From the NCBI GenBank assembly GCA_045652165.1, contig JAZRTQ010000060.1, positions 41,139 through 105,138 on the forward strand: 64,000 nt of DNA, written 5' to 3'. Shown here piece after piece: positions 29,280 through 37,178 of this stretch (positions are counted from its first letter, which is position 1; the number at the start of each line of letters is the position of its first letter). A model generated the notes under the pieces. That model did not search any database. It was not told the DNA's origin and saw nothing but the letters and a program-made list of their open reading frames with translations. The stretch is from Acutalibacteraceae bacterium. Lineage in GTDB: Bacteria; Bacillota; Clostridia; Oscillospirales; Acutalibacteraceae. A program made the position numbers and the translations under genes.

Positions 29280-30146
29280 ATGGCAGAAGTAATTGGTGTT
29301 CGTTTCAAAGAAGTGGGTAAGGTATACTACTTTGACCCCGACGGACAGACTCTCAAAAAAGGTGACAGAGTTATCGTTGAAACCGTTCGCGGAATTGAAT
29401 GCGGTGAGGTTGCAATGGATAACAGAGAAATAGATGACGAAGAAATTGTAAAACCTCTCAAGAAGCTCATCCGTACCGCAACAGACGAAGATATTGCAAG
29501 GGTTGCCGAAAACAAAGAAAAGGAAAAAGATGCTTTTGCAATTTGTCAGAAAAAAATAACAGCTCACGGACTTGATATGAAGCTTGTTGATGTTGAATAT
29601 ACATTTGACGGCTGTAAAGTTCTGTTCTATTTCACCGCAGACGGAAGAGTTGATTTCCGTGACCTTGTAAAAGACCTTGCTTCGGTTTTCAAAACCCGCA
29701 TTGAGCTTCGCCAGATAGGCGTAAGAGATGAGGCAAAGATGCTCGGCGGTCTCGGAATTTGCGGCAGACCCTTCTGTTGTAACGGCTTCCTCGGAGAATT
29801 CCAGCCCGTTTCAATTAAAATGGCAAAAGAGCAGGGACTTTCACTTAACCCCACCAAAATCAGCGGTGCTTGCGGCAGACTTATGTGTTGCCTTAAATAT
29901 GAACAGCCCGCATATGAGCATCTTCTCAAAATAACACCCAAGCCCGGTGCTATAATCGAAACAAACGAAGGTGCCGGTACGGTTGTTGACTTCAGTTTGC
30001 TTACAGGTATTCTCAAAGTTCAGCTTCATAACAACCCCGATGCTCCCCCGAAGTCATTCCACAGAAAAGATGTAAAAATTGTTAAAGATTCAAGAATCAA
30101 GGTGGATAGGGCTGAAATCGAAGCACTCAAAGATATTGAAGGATAA
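29280..30146 (+). CDS. ricT: PSP1-domain stage 0 sporulation protein (YaaT/RicT)
   Basis: RVDFRDLV, RIELRQIG.RDEA, CGRPFCC, SG.CGRLMCCLKYE. Confidence 0.92.
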   Translation: MAEVIGVRFKEVGKVYYFDPDGQTLKKGDRVIVETVRGIECGEVAMDNREIDDEEIVKPLKKLIRTATDEDIARVAENKEKEKDAFAICQKKITAHGLDMKLVDVEYTFDGCKVLFYFTADGRVDFRDLVKDLASVFKTRIELRQIGVRDEAKMLGGLGICGRPFCCNGFLGEFQPVSIKMAKEQGLSLNPTKISGACGRLMCCLKYEQPAYEHLLKITPKPGAIIETNEGAGTVVDFSLLTGILKVQLHNNPDAPPKSFHRKDVKIVKDSRIKVDRAEIEALKDIEG

Positions 30147-30221
30147 TTTTCTTTAAACCACTTGAAATTTTAAAATTATATGTTACAATGAGCATATATT
30201 CAAATAAGGGAGGAAAACATA

Positions 30222-30389
30222 ATGGCTTATACAATCAATGACGATTGCATCTCATGCGGCGCTTGTGCTGCAGATTGCCCCGTTGAGGCAATTTCAGAGG
30301 GCGACGGCAAGTATGTAATTGACGCAGACCTTTGCATCGATTGCGGTGCTTGTGCAGATTCATGCCCCGTTGATGCTCCCCAGGCATAA
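30222..30389 (+). CDS. 2[4Fe-4S] clostridial-type ferredoxin (55 aa, absent from the ORF track)
   Basis: Translates MAYTINDDCISCGACAADCPVEAISEGDGKYVIDADLCIDCGACADSCPVDAPQA; two CxxCxxCxxxCP motifs; RBS GGAGG. Confidence 0.95.
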   Translation: MAYTINDDCISCGACAADCPVEAISEGDGKYVIDADLCIDCGACADSCPVDAPQA

Positions 30390-30458
30390 TCAATCATAGG
30401 CGTTCAGCGGTCTTCTCTTCGGGGAAGACCGCTTTGTCTTTAAAAAGAGGAAACTTCG

Positions 30459-30962
30459 ATGAAAAATATAATTCTTATCGGTATGCCCGGTGCAGGTAAA
30501 AGCACAATCGGTGTTTTGCTTGCAAAAACAATGATAATGTCTTTTACCGACACAGACCTGCTCATTCAGAAAAAGTGTTCATCAGCCCTGTGCGAAACAA
30601 TTAAAAAACACGGTATTGATGAATTCCTTCGCATTGAAAACAATGTTATCTGCGAAGAGGATTTTTCAAACTGCATTGTTGCAACAGGCGGAAGTGCTGT
30701 TTACGGCAAAGAAGCTATGGCAAAGCTCAAAGAAAACGGCATCACGGTTTATCTTAAGCTTTCTCCCGATGAGCTGATAAAAAGAATCAATAATATTCAC
30801 ACCCGCGGAATAGCTATGAAAGAGGGCGCAACCCTTGCTGAACTTTATGAAGAAAGAGCTCCTCTTTATGAAAAATATGCTGATATAACCGTTAACTGCT
30901 CATCACTTTCTCCCGAGCAATGCGTTGATATTATAACTGAAAAAATTAAAGGGATACGGTAA
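30459..30962 (+). CDS. aroK: Shikimate kinase
   Basis: LIGMPGAGKSTIG, DTD, ATGG, ER.PLYEK.AD. Confidence 0.88.
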   Translation: MKNIILIGMPGAGKSTIGVLLAKTMIMSFTDTDLLIQKKCSSALCETIKKHGIDEFLRIENNVICEEDFSNCIVATGGSAVYGKEAMAKLKENGITVYLKLSPDELIKRINNIHTRGIAMKEGATLAELYEERAPLYEKYADITVNCSSLSPEQCVDIITEKIKGIR

Positions 30963-30978
30963 AACCGTATCCCTTTTC

Positions 30979-32244
30979 TTATTCAGCATCAATATCTATA
31001 ATTTCTTCTTTCAATTTTGAGAAAATCAGGTGCTGGCTGTGATATAAGCTTGTATAACCCGAAAGAACAAAGCTTATTGCCGCCGCCACCGCATAAAAAA
31101 TCATTCCCTCTGCGCCAAACAGCTCAATACAAATGAAAAATGTTGCTATCGGACAATTTGTTACACCGCAGAATAATGCCGCAATTCCCGTTGCCGCACC
31201 AAATGCGGGATTAAGCCCAACCAGATTTCCGACGGTGCCGCCAAGAGTTGCTCCGATGAATAATGTGGGAACTATCTCACCGCCCTTAAAGCCTGCACTT
31301 ATTGTTATAACAGTGAAGATAATCTTCAGCAAAAAGGCTTCGGGTCTTACCTCTCCATGCTCAAAAATCCTTTCAATAACGTCAACTCCGCCGCCGTTAT
31401 AATCCTTTGTGCCAACAAGAAGAGTGAGCAAAACAACAGCCACGCCGCCAACAAAAATTCTTGCAAACGGATTTTTTATATATTTTTTAAAAAGCTTTTC
31501 TCCCAGATGCATCAGCCTGCAAAAGATTATACTTACCATAGCCGCCGCAACAGCAACCACCACTGTTCTCCACAGTGAATCAACGCTTATTCCTGGGATA
31601 AGATCAATATGAAATCTTTCGGGTTTGGCTCCCAAACCTGTTGAAACAAGATAAGCAACTACGCTCGAAACAATTGACGGAAAAATTGCCGCAGAGCAAA
31701 TCTGGCCAACACTTATAACCTCAAGTGCAAACACGCAAGCACCAATCGGAGTGCCGAACAAAGCTGAAAAAACAGCTCCCATTCCGCATATCGTCAGTAT
31801 ATGTCTTGATTTATCATCAAGCTTGAATATTTTTGAAAACAAAGCTGAAACGCTTCCGCCAAGCTGAAGTGCCGCGCCCTCTCTGCCTGCCGAGCCGCCC
31901 AGAAGATGTGTTATTACCGAACCTGCAAAAACAGCAGGTGCAAGAAGAAAAGAAAGCGGTTTTTCGCTTCTGACACTTTCAAAAACCTGATTCGTTCCAA
32001 CATTCTCAACCTTAAAAAGCTTATATATTGCAACAAGCAGAAGTCCGCCAAGAGGCAAAAGATAAATAATCCAATCGTTTGCGGCACGGAAATCCGTTAC
32101 AAAATAAACTGATTTTGAAAATGCGAAACCGACTGCGCCGCACACCAGACCCATTGCAACACCCGAAACAAGCCAAAGCACAAATGCCTTGCCGAATGCT
32201 TTTGCATTGATTAAATTCTTTTTAAAATAAGATTTCATCTTCAT
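30979..32244 (-). CDS. ClC/EriC family anion channel or antiporter
   Basis: GSAGREGAALQ, GFKGGEIVP, NCPIA; many TM helices. Confidence 0.88.
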   Translation of the reverse strand: MKMKSYFKKNLINAKAFGKAFVLWLVSGVAMGLVCGAVGFAFSKSVYFVTDFRAANDWIIYLLPLGGLLLVAIYKLFKVENVGTNQVFESVRSEKPLSFLLAPAVFAGSVITHLLGGSAGREGAALQLGGSVSALFSKIFKLDDKSRHILTICGMGAVFSALFGTPIGACVFALEVISVGQICSAAIFPSIVSSVVAYLVSTGLGAKPERFHIDLIPGISVDSLWRTVVVAVAAAMVSIIFCRLMHLGEKLFKKYIKNPFARIFVGGVAVVLLTLLVGTKDYNGGGVDVIERIFEHGEVRPEAFLLKIIFTVITISAGFKGGEIVPTLFIGATLGGTVGNLVGLNPAFGAATGIAALFCGVTNCPIATFFICIELFGAEGMIFYAVAAAISFVLSGYTSLYHSQHLIFSKLKEEIIDIDAE

Positions 32245-32285
32245 TCTTCTCTCTTTTTAAAAATAGAGATTCTCTGTTATTATTG

Positions 32286-32316
32286 AAAAAAGCATCGACT
32301 CTGTCGATGCTTTTTT
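32286..32316. terminator. Terminator downstream of the tRNA-Thr/Tyr pair
   Basis: AAAAAAGCATCGAC-TCT-GTCGATGCTTTTTT. Confidence 0.8.
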
Positions 32317-32318
32317 AC

Positions 32319-32403
<85 letters not shown>

Positions 32404-32412
32404 ATATTAAAT

Positions 32413-32488
32413 TGGAGCTGGTGGACGGACTCGAACCCCCGACCTGCTGATTACAAATCAGCTGCTCTACCAACTGAGCTACACCAGC
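32413..32488 (-). tRNA. tRNA-Thr(TGT)
   Basis: Reverse complement GCTGGTGTAGCTCAGTTGGTAGAGCAGCTGATTTGTAATCAGC...TTCGAGTCC...CCA. Confidence 0.95.
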
Positions 32489-32684
32489 ATATGTTCCGTA
32501 GAACGCTCGATTAATATATCATATATTTTCAGGTTAGTCAAGTCCTTTTTGAAAAAATTTTTATATTTTTTTATTTTTCCTGTTTTACGCTTTAAAAAGC
32601 TTAATTCTCACCGTTTAAGGTTAGTGGAAAATCTTGACTAATTCTATATTAATATGGTATTATTAATTCATTATTGGTATAGGA

Positions 32685-33458
32685 GTGATATTCTTGGATT
32701 TCAAAGAAAACATCTTTATGTATGCAATAGCACTCGGCGTTGTTGCATTCGTAACTCTTCAGTCCGTTTTCTTTATCGTGAAGTCATGGAAACACGCTAA
32801 AGAGCTCGGAATTGAAAAAGAAACTCTTAAAAACACAGTTGTTTCAAGCATTCTTTTCACCGTTGCACCCGCGATCTCAATTCTTGCAACAGTTATCGTG
32901 CTTGCAAACGCACTCGGCATTGTTCTTCCCTGGATAAGACTTACCGTTATCGGTAACCTTGCTTACGAAACAACCGCAGCTCAGACCGCAGTCGAAGCAA
33001 TGGGCGGCACACTTGCAAACTCAATTGCAGATAAGCAGCAGTTTTCAACCGTTGCCTGGGCAATGACAATCGGCAGCATTGCTCCCCTTCTTATGCTTCC
33101 CTTTGTTTGCAAAAAGCTTCAGAAGAAAATCGGCAATGCTGTTAACAAGAACGAAAAATCAGCAAAGCTCGGCGATGCAATCTCGGCTGCAGCATTCATC
33201 GGCATTATCTCTGCTTTCATTGCAAGAGCAATCGCAGGCACAACATCAGACGGCACAGGCAACGCAGGCTTTATGAGCATCAGCGTTCTTGTTGTTTCAA
33301 TTATAGCTATGGTTATTCTTGAAACACTTTGCAAGAAATTCAAGCTTGAAAAGCTCAGCTCTTTCACAATGCCTATTGCAATGTTTATCGGTATGGGTGC
33401 TGCTATGCTGTTTGAAACCGTGCTTCCCGAAAGCATCACAAGCTTTATCTGGAGATAA
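32685..33458 (+). CDS. Membrane protein, DUF5058-like
   Basis: Hydrophobic; PWIRLTVIGNLAYE motif recognised from memory. Confidence 0.65.
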   Translation: MIFLDFKENIFMYAIALGVVAFVTLQSVFFIVKSWKHAKELGIEKETLKNTVVSSILFTVAPAISILATVIVLANALGIVLPWIRLTVIGNLAYETTAAQTAVEAMGGTLANSIADKQQFSTVAWAMTIGSIAPLLMLPFVCKKLQKKIGNAVNKNEKSAKLGDAISAAAFIGIISAFIARAIAGTTSDGTGNAGFMSISVLVVSIIAMVILETLCKKFKLEKLSSFTMPIAMFIGMGAAMLFETVLPESITSFIWR

Positions 33459-33478
33459 AAGAAAGGAGATAATGAATT

Positions 33479-34135
33479 ATGCAGAAGAATTATTTTGACA
33501 AAGTTCACAGATGGGGCATCATGTGGAACTTCGGCGCATTGCTCATGCTCCTTGCTATCCCCGTTGCAATTTCAACTTATTATGGTGCTTGGCCTGAAAT
33601 CAGCGTTCTCTGGTCTGTTCTCAGCAAGCTTATGCTTCTTTACTGGGTAACCGCAGTTATTGAAGTTATCACCTACGTTCCTATGCTCGGTGCAGGCGGA
33701 ACATACCTCAGCTTTGTTACCGGTAATATCACAAACCTCAAGCTTCCCGTTGGCCTTGCCGCTATGGAAAATGCAAAGGTTCGCGCAAACACAGAAGAGG
33801 GCGAGGTTGTTTCAACCATCGCTATCGGCGTTTCTTCAATCACAACAACTGTTATCATCGCAGTAGGCGTGCTTGCATTCTCACCCGTTCTTCCTCTTAT
33901 CACCGCAGAGGGCTCGGCATTCAAGCCCGCTTTTGACTGGGTTCTTCCCGCACTTTTCGGTGCTCTCGGCGCAAGCTACTTTGCAAAGCATTGGAAGCTT
34001 GTTCCCCTGCCCGTTATTGTTGGCGTTATCATTCTTATCTTCGCCCCCACTCTCGGTGTCGGAACACTTATGTTTGCAACAATCGTTGCCGCTGTTCTCG
34101 GTGCATTCGTATTGTATAAGAAAAACTGGTTATAA
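33479..34135 (+). CDS. Membrane protein of unknown function, co-transcribed partner of the DUF5058-like gene
   Basis: LGAGGTYLSFVTGNITNLKLP; multiple TM helices; 20-bp gap with AAGGAG RBS. Confidence 0.7.
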   Translation: MQKNYFDKVHRWGIMWNFGALLMLLAIPVAISTYYGAWPEISVLWSVLSKLMLLYWVTAVIEVITYVPMLGAGGTYLSFVTGNITNLKLPVGLAAMENAKVRANTEEGEVVSTIAIGVSSITTTVIIAVGVLAFSPVLPLITAEGSAFKPAFDWVLPALFGALGASYFAKHWKLVPLPVIVGVIILIFAPTLGVGTLMFATIVAAVLGAFVLYKKNWL

Positions 34136-34247
34136 TAAAAGCAGTATTTTGTAATTTGTTGTGCAAATTTACACTTGATATTAGCCATAATTTGGTTTAA
34201 TATATTACAGGTATCTATATCAACCTTTTTGAAAGGAGAAATACATT

Positions 34248-34943
34248 ATGATTAACTATTCCCGCGAAGTACAGGAAATGTGCTGCGTAGCTAAGGGACC
34301 CAACCACGGACCCGCACCCATCCCCGAAGAGGGCAAGTGGGTTAAGGCATACGAAATTAAGGATATTTCCGCTTTCACACACGGTGTTGGCTGGTGTGCT
34401 CCCCAGCAGGGCGCTTGCAAGCTTTCACTCAACGTTAAAGAAGGTATCATCGAAGAAGCTCTTGTTGAAACAATCGGTTGCTCCGGTATGACTCACTCAG
34501 CTGCTATGGCTGCTGAAATTCTTCCCGGCAAAACAATCCTCGAGGCTCTCAACACAGACCTTGTTTGCGATGCTATCAACACAGCAATGCGTGAACTCTT
34601 CCTTCAGATTGTTTACGGCCGTTCACAGTCTGCTTTCTCAGACGACGGTCTTTCAGTTGGTGCAGGCCTTGAAGACCTTGGTAAGGGTCTCCGTTCACAG
34701 GTTGGCACAATGTACGGCACAAAGGTTAAGGGCGTTCGTTACCTTGAAATGGCTGAGGGTTATGTTACAAGACTTGCTCTTGATGCAGACGATCAGGTTA
34801 TCGGCTACGAGTTCGTTTCACTCGGCAAGATGACTGACTTCATCAAGAAGGGCGACACACCCAACGATGCATACAACAAGGCAATGGGCACTTACGGCAG
34901 ATTTGCAGATGCTGTTAAGTACATCGACCCCAGAAAAGAATAA
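34248..34943 (+). CDS. NifU/IscU-like Fe-S scaffold domain protein
   Basis: GWCAPQQGACKL, ETIGCSGMTHSAAMA, LVCDAIN. Confidence 0.7.
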   Translation: MINYSREVQEMCCVAKGPNHGPAPIPEEGKWVKAYEIKDISAFTHGVGWCAPQQGACKLSLNVKEGIIEEALVETIGCSGMTHSAAMAAEILPGKTILEALNTDLVCDAINTAMRELFLQIVYGRSQSAFSDDGLSVGAGLEDLGKGLRSQVGTMYGTKVKGVRYLEMAEGYVTRLALDADDQVIGYEFVSLGKMTDFIKKGDTPNDAYNKAMGTYGRFADAVKYIDPRKE

Positions 34944-34966
34944 TAGGTAAGAGGAGGTAAATTACA

Positions 34967-35965
34967 ATGGCATTATTTGAAAGCTATGAGAGACGCGTTG
35001 ATAAAATCAATGCTGTTCTTGCAGAATATGGCATTTCTTCAATTGAAGAATGTAAGGAAATCACTCTTGCTAAGGGTGTTGACTGCGATAAAATCGTTAG
35101 AGAAACTCAGCCCATCTGCTTTGAAAACGCTGTTTGGGCTTACACAGTAGGTTGCGCTATCGCTATCAAGAAGGGCTGCGTTAAGGCTGCTGATGCTGCT
35201 GCCGCTATCGGTATCGGTCTTCAGGCATTCTGCATCCCCGGTTCAGTTGCTGATAACAGACAGGTTGGTCTTGGTCACGGTAACCTCGGCAAAATGCTTC
35301 TTTCAGACGAAACAGAGTGCTTCTGCTTTCTTGCAGGTCACGAATCATTTGCTGCTGCTGAAGGCGCAATCAAAATTGCTCTTAACGCAAACAAGGTTCG
35401 TTCAAAGCCTCTCCGCGTTATCCTTAACGGTCTCGGCAAAGATGCTGCTATGATTATTTCAAGAATCAACGGCTTCACATATTGCAAGACAGAGTTTGAC
35501 CCCTATTCAGAAACCGTTAAGGTTGTTGAAGAAAAGGCATACTCAAACGGCCCCAGAGCAGACGTTAAGTGCTACGGCGCAGATAATGTTCCCGAAGGCG
35601 TTGCTATCATGAAGCTTGAAAACGTTGGTGTTTCCATCACAGGTAACTCAACCAACCCCACAAGATTCCAGCATCCTGTTGCAGGCACATACAAGAAATG
35701 GTGTGTTGAAAACGGCGTTAACTACTTCTCAGTTGCATCAGGCGGCGGCACAGGCCGTACACTTCATCCCGACAACATGGCAGCAGGTCCTGCTTCCTAC
35801 GGTATGACTGATACAATGGGTCGTATGCATTCAGATGCACAGTTCGCAGGTTCATCATCAGTTCCCGCTCACGTTGAAATGATGGGACTTATCGGTATGG
35901 GCAACAACCCCATGGTTGGCGCTACCGTTGCTTGCGCTGTTGCAGTTGAAGAAGCAGCGAAGTAA
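34967..35965 (+). CDS. GGGtGRT family protein
   Basis: Contains the naming motif ASGGGTGRTLHPD; paired with the NifU-like gene. Confidence 0.88.
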   Translation: MALFESYERRVDKINAVLAEYGISSIEECKEITLAKGVDCDKIVRETQPICFENAVWAYTVGCAIAIKKGCVKAADAAAAIGIGLQAFCIPGSVADNRQVGLGHGNLGKMLLSDETECFCFLAGHESFAAAEGAIKIALNANKVRSKPLRVILNGLGKDAAMIISRINGFTYCKTEFDPYSETVKVVEEKAYSNGPRADVKCYGADNVPEGVAIMKLENVGVSITGNSTNPTRFQHPVAGTYKKWCVENGVNYFSVASGGGTGRTLHPDNMAAGPASYGMTDTMGRMHSDAQFAGSSSVPAHVEMMGLIGMGNNPMVGATVACAVAVEEAAK

Positions 35966-36040
35966 GAACCTTTGTTACTCGCCACGACTCGTAATAAAGG
36001 CTTCTCAGCATTCAGGCTGTGAATTACAAATTTAATCATT

Positions 36041-36100
36041 TATAAAAAGTTAGACACATCATTTTGGAGAAATCCTTTGTGATGTGTCTAACTTTTTATA
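36041..36100. repeat. 21-bp perfect inverted repeat with 18-nt spacer
   Basis: TATAAAAAGTTAGACACATCA (36041-36061) / TGATGTGTCTAACTTTTTATA (36080-36100). Confidence 0.9.
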
Positions 36101-36152
36101 AAAATATATACTAAAATAAAAAATGTGTTTAAGTAAGTTGCGTTAAAAAAGA

Positions 36153-36181
36153 TTGACAAAAAATCAGATAGAATATATATT
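36153..36181 (+). promoter_or_regulatory. Candidate sigma-A promoter of the DUF1919 gene
   Basis: TTGACA (36153-36158), 17 nt, TATATT. Confidence 0.5.
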
Positions 36182-36204
36182 AAATTTGTAAAGGAGTGAA
36201 GTTC

Positions 36205-36909
36205 GTGTTCTTTCCGTCGATATTTAAAAAAGTTGTTTCGGTATTGGTATATTGCCGAAGATATTTGTTTAATAAAAGGAAGCAAATTAGAAACAAAAAT
36301 GAGACACCTACTCTTATTACGAATAACTGTATTGGTGGAATAATTTATCATGATTTGGGGTTAGAGTTTAGGTCGCCAACAATAAATTTGTTTTTTGGCA
36401 ATAAAGATTTTTTCCCTTTTATAAATGATATTGAATACTATGCAAATCAAGAACCAATTGAAGTGTTTGAGGATGGGCAAAAATTTCCAATAGGAGAGCT
36501 TCGCAAAGGTACAGAATCAATACGACTGTATTTTATGCATTATAAAACATTTGACGAAGCAGTTGAAAAATGGAAAAAAAGAGCAAAAAAAATAGACTAT
36601 AACAACCTTTTTATTATTTTTGAATATCCGCAAAAGTTAAAAAAGACAGATGAAATATACAAAGAGTTTAAAAGCATAAAACACACAAATAAAAGGCTGA
36701 TAACCGATCCTGTCGATTTTGAGGATGAAGAGATTGTAAAAATCAATATATATGATAAAAATTATCATCCTGGTAAAATAATGAAATATAAAAGCAAATA
36801 CAGCCCGAAACGATACCTGGATGACTTTGATTATATTAAATTTTTGAACAAAGAGAAAACAAATAAATTTTTGATTCATAGAAATTATGATGATGTGAAA
36901 AATACATAA
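36205..36909 (+). CDS. DUF1919 family protein (exopolysaccharide-locus associated), AT-rich
   Basis: TLITNNCIGG.IYHDLGLEF.SPTINL, FMHY..F.EA..KW.KR; GTG 36205 is 8 nt after AAGGAG. Confidence 0.8.
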   Translation: MFFPSIFKKVVSVLVYCRRYLFNKRKQIRNKNETPTLITNNCIGGIIYHDLGLEFRSPTINLFFGNKDFFPFINDIEYYANQEPIEVFEDGQKFPIGELRKGTESIRLYFMHYKTFDEAVEKWKKRAKKIDYNNLFIIFEYPQKLKKTDEIYKEFKSIKHTNKRLITDPVDFEDEEIVKINIYDKNYHPGKIMKYKSKYSPKRYLDDFDYIKFLNKEKTNKFLIHRNYDDVKNT

Positions 36910-36912
36910 TGG

Positions 36913-36942
36913 GCACATCGATCTGAATTATGATGTGTCTAA
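36913..36942. repeat. Degenerate second copy of the GACACATC/GATGTGTC site
   Basis: GCACATC...TGATGTGTCTAA; last 12 bp identical to 36080-36091. Confidence 0.7.
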
Positions 36943-37028
36943 TTGGTTTTATCAAATTGATTGAAAGTAAGACAGTTCCCGCTTTTCGAACCTCTGCGGA
37001 GCAGAGGCGAGTCACAAGCGAAGCTTGT

Positions 37029-37123
37029 ACGTTGAAATGATGGGTCTTATCGGTATGGGTAACAACCCCATGGTTGGTGCTACCGTTGCTTGCGCTGTTG
37101 CAGTTGAAGAAGTAGCGAAGTAA
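37029..37123 (+). pseudogene. Duplicated 3' fragment of the GGGtGRT gene (about 30 codons plus stop)
   Basis: 4 differences from 35871-35965, three synonymous; no start codon context. Confidence 0.8.
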
Positions 37124-37142
37124 TTAAGCTTTTACAAAAATC

Positions 37143-37174
37143 AAAGCCTTGTTCTCGATTGAGAACAAGGCTTT
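37143..37174. terminator. Bidirectional terminator after the duplicated GGGtGRT end
   Basis: 14-bp stem AAAGCCTTGTTCTC-GATT-GAGAACAAGGCTTT. Confidence 0.8.
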
Positions 37175-37178
37175 TTCT

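Larger units (their letters stand above)
35871..37123. mobile_element. Integrase-less micro-island bounded by a 95-bp duplication of the GGGtGRT 3' end
   Basis: 35871-35965 and 37029-37123 match at 91/95; interior is AT-rich and holds one gene. Confidence 0.75.

Noticed and set aside
32245-32318. Fluoride riboswitch upstream of the ClC gene
   Set aside because: No GATGG...TGA-type pseudoknot pattern; the region holds only the tRNA terminator and an RBS
36049-36092. Canonical integron attC site
   Set aside because: The order is GTTRRRY then RYYYAAC, the reverse of attC, the arms are perfect with no extrahelical bases, and no IntI is present; kept only as a cassette-like site
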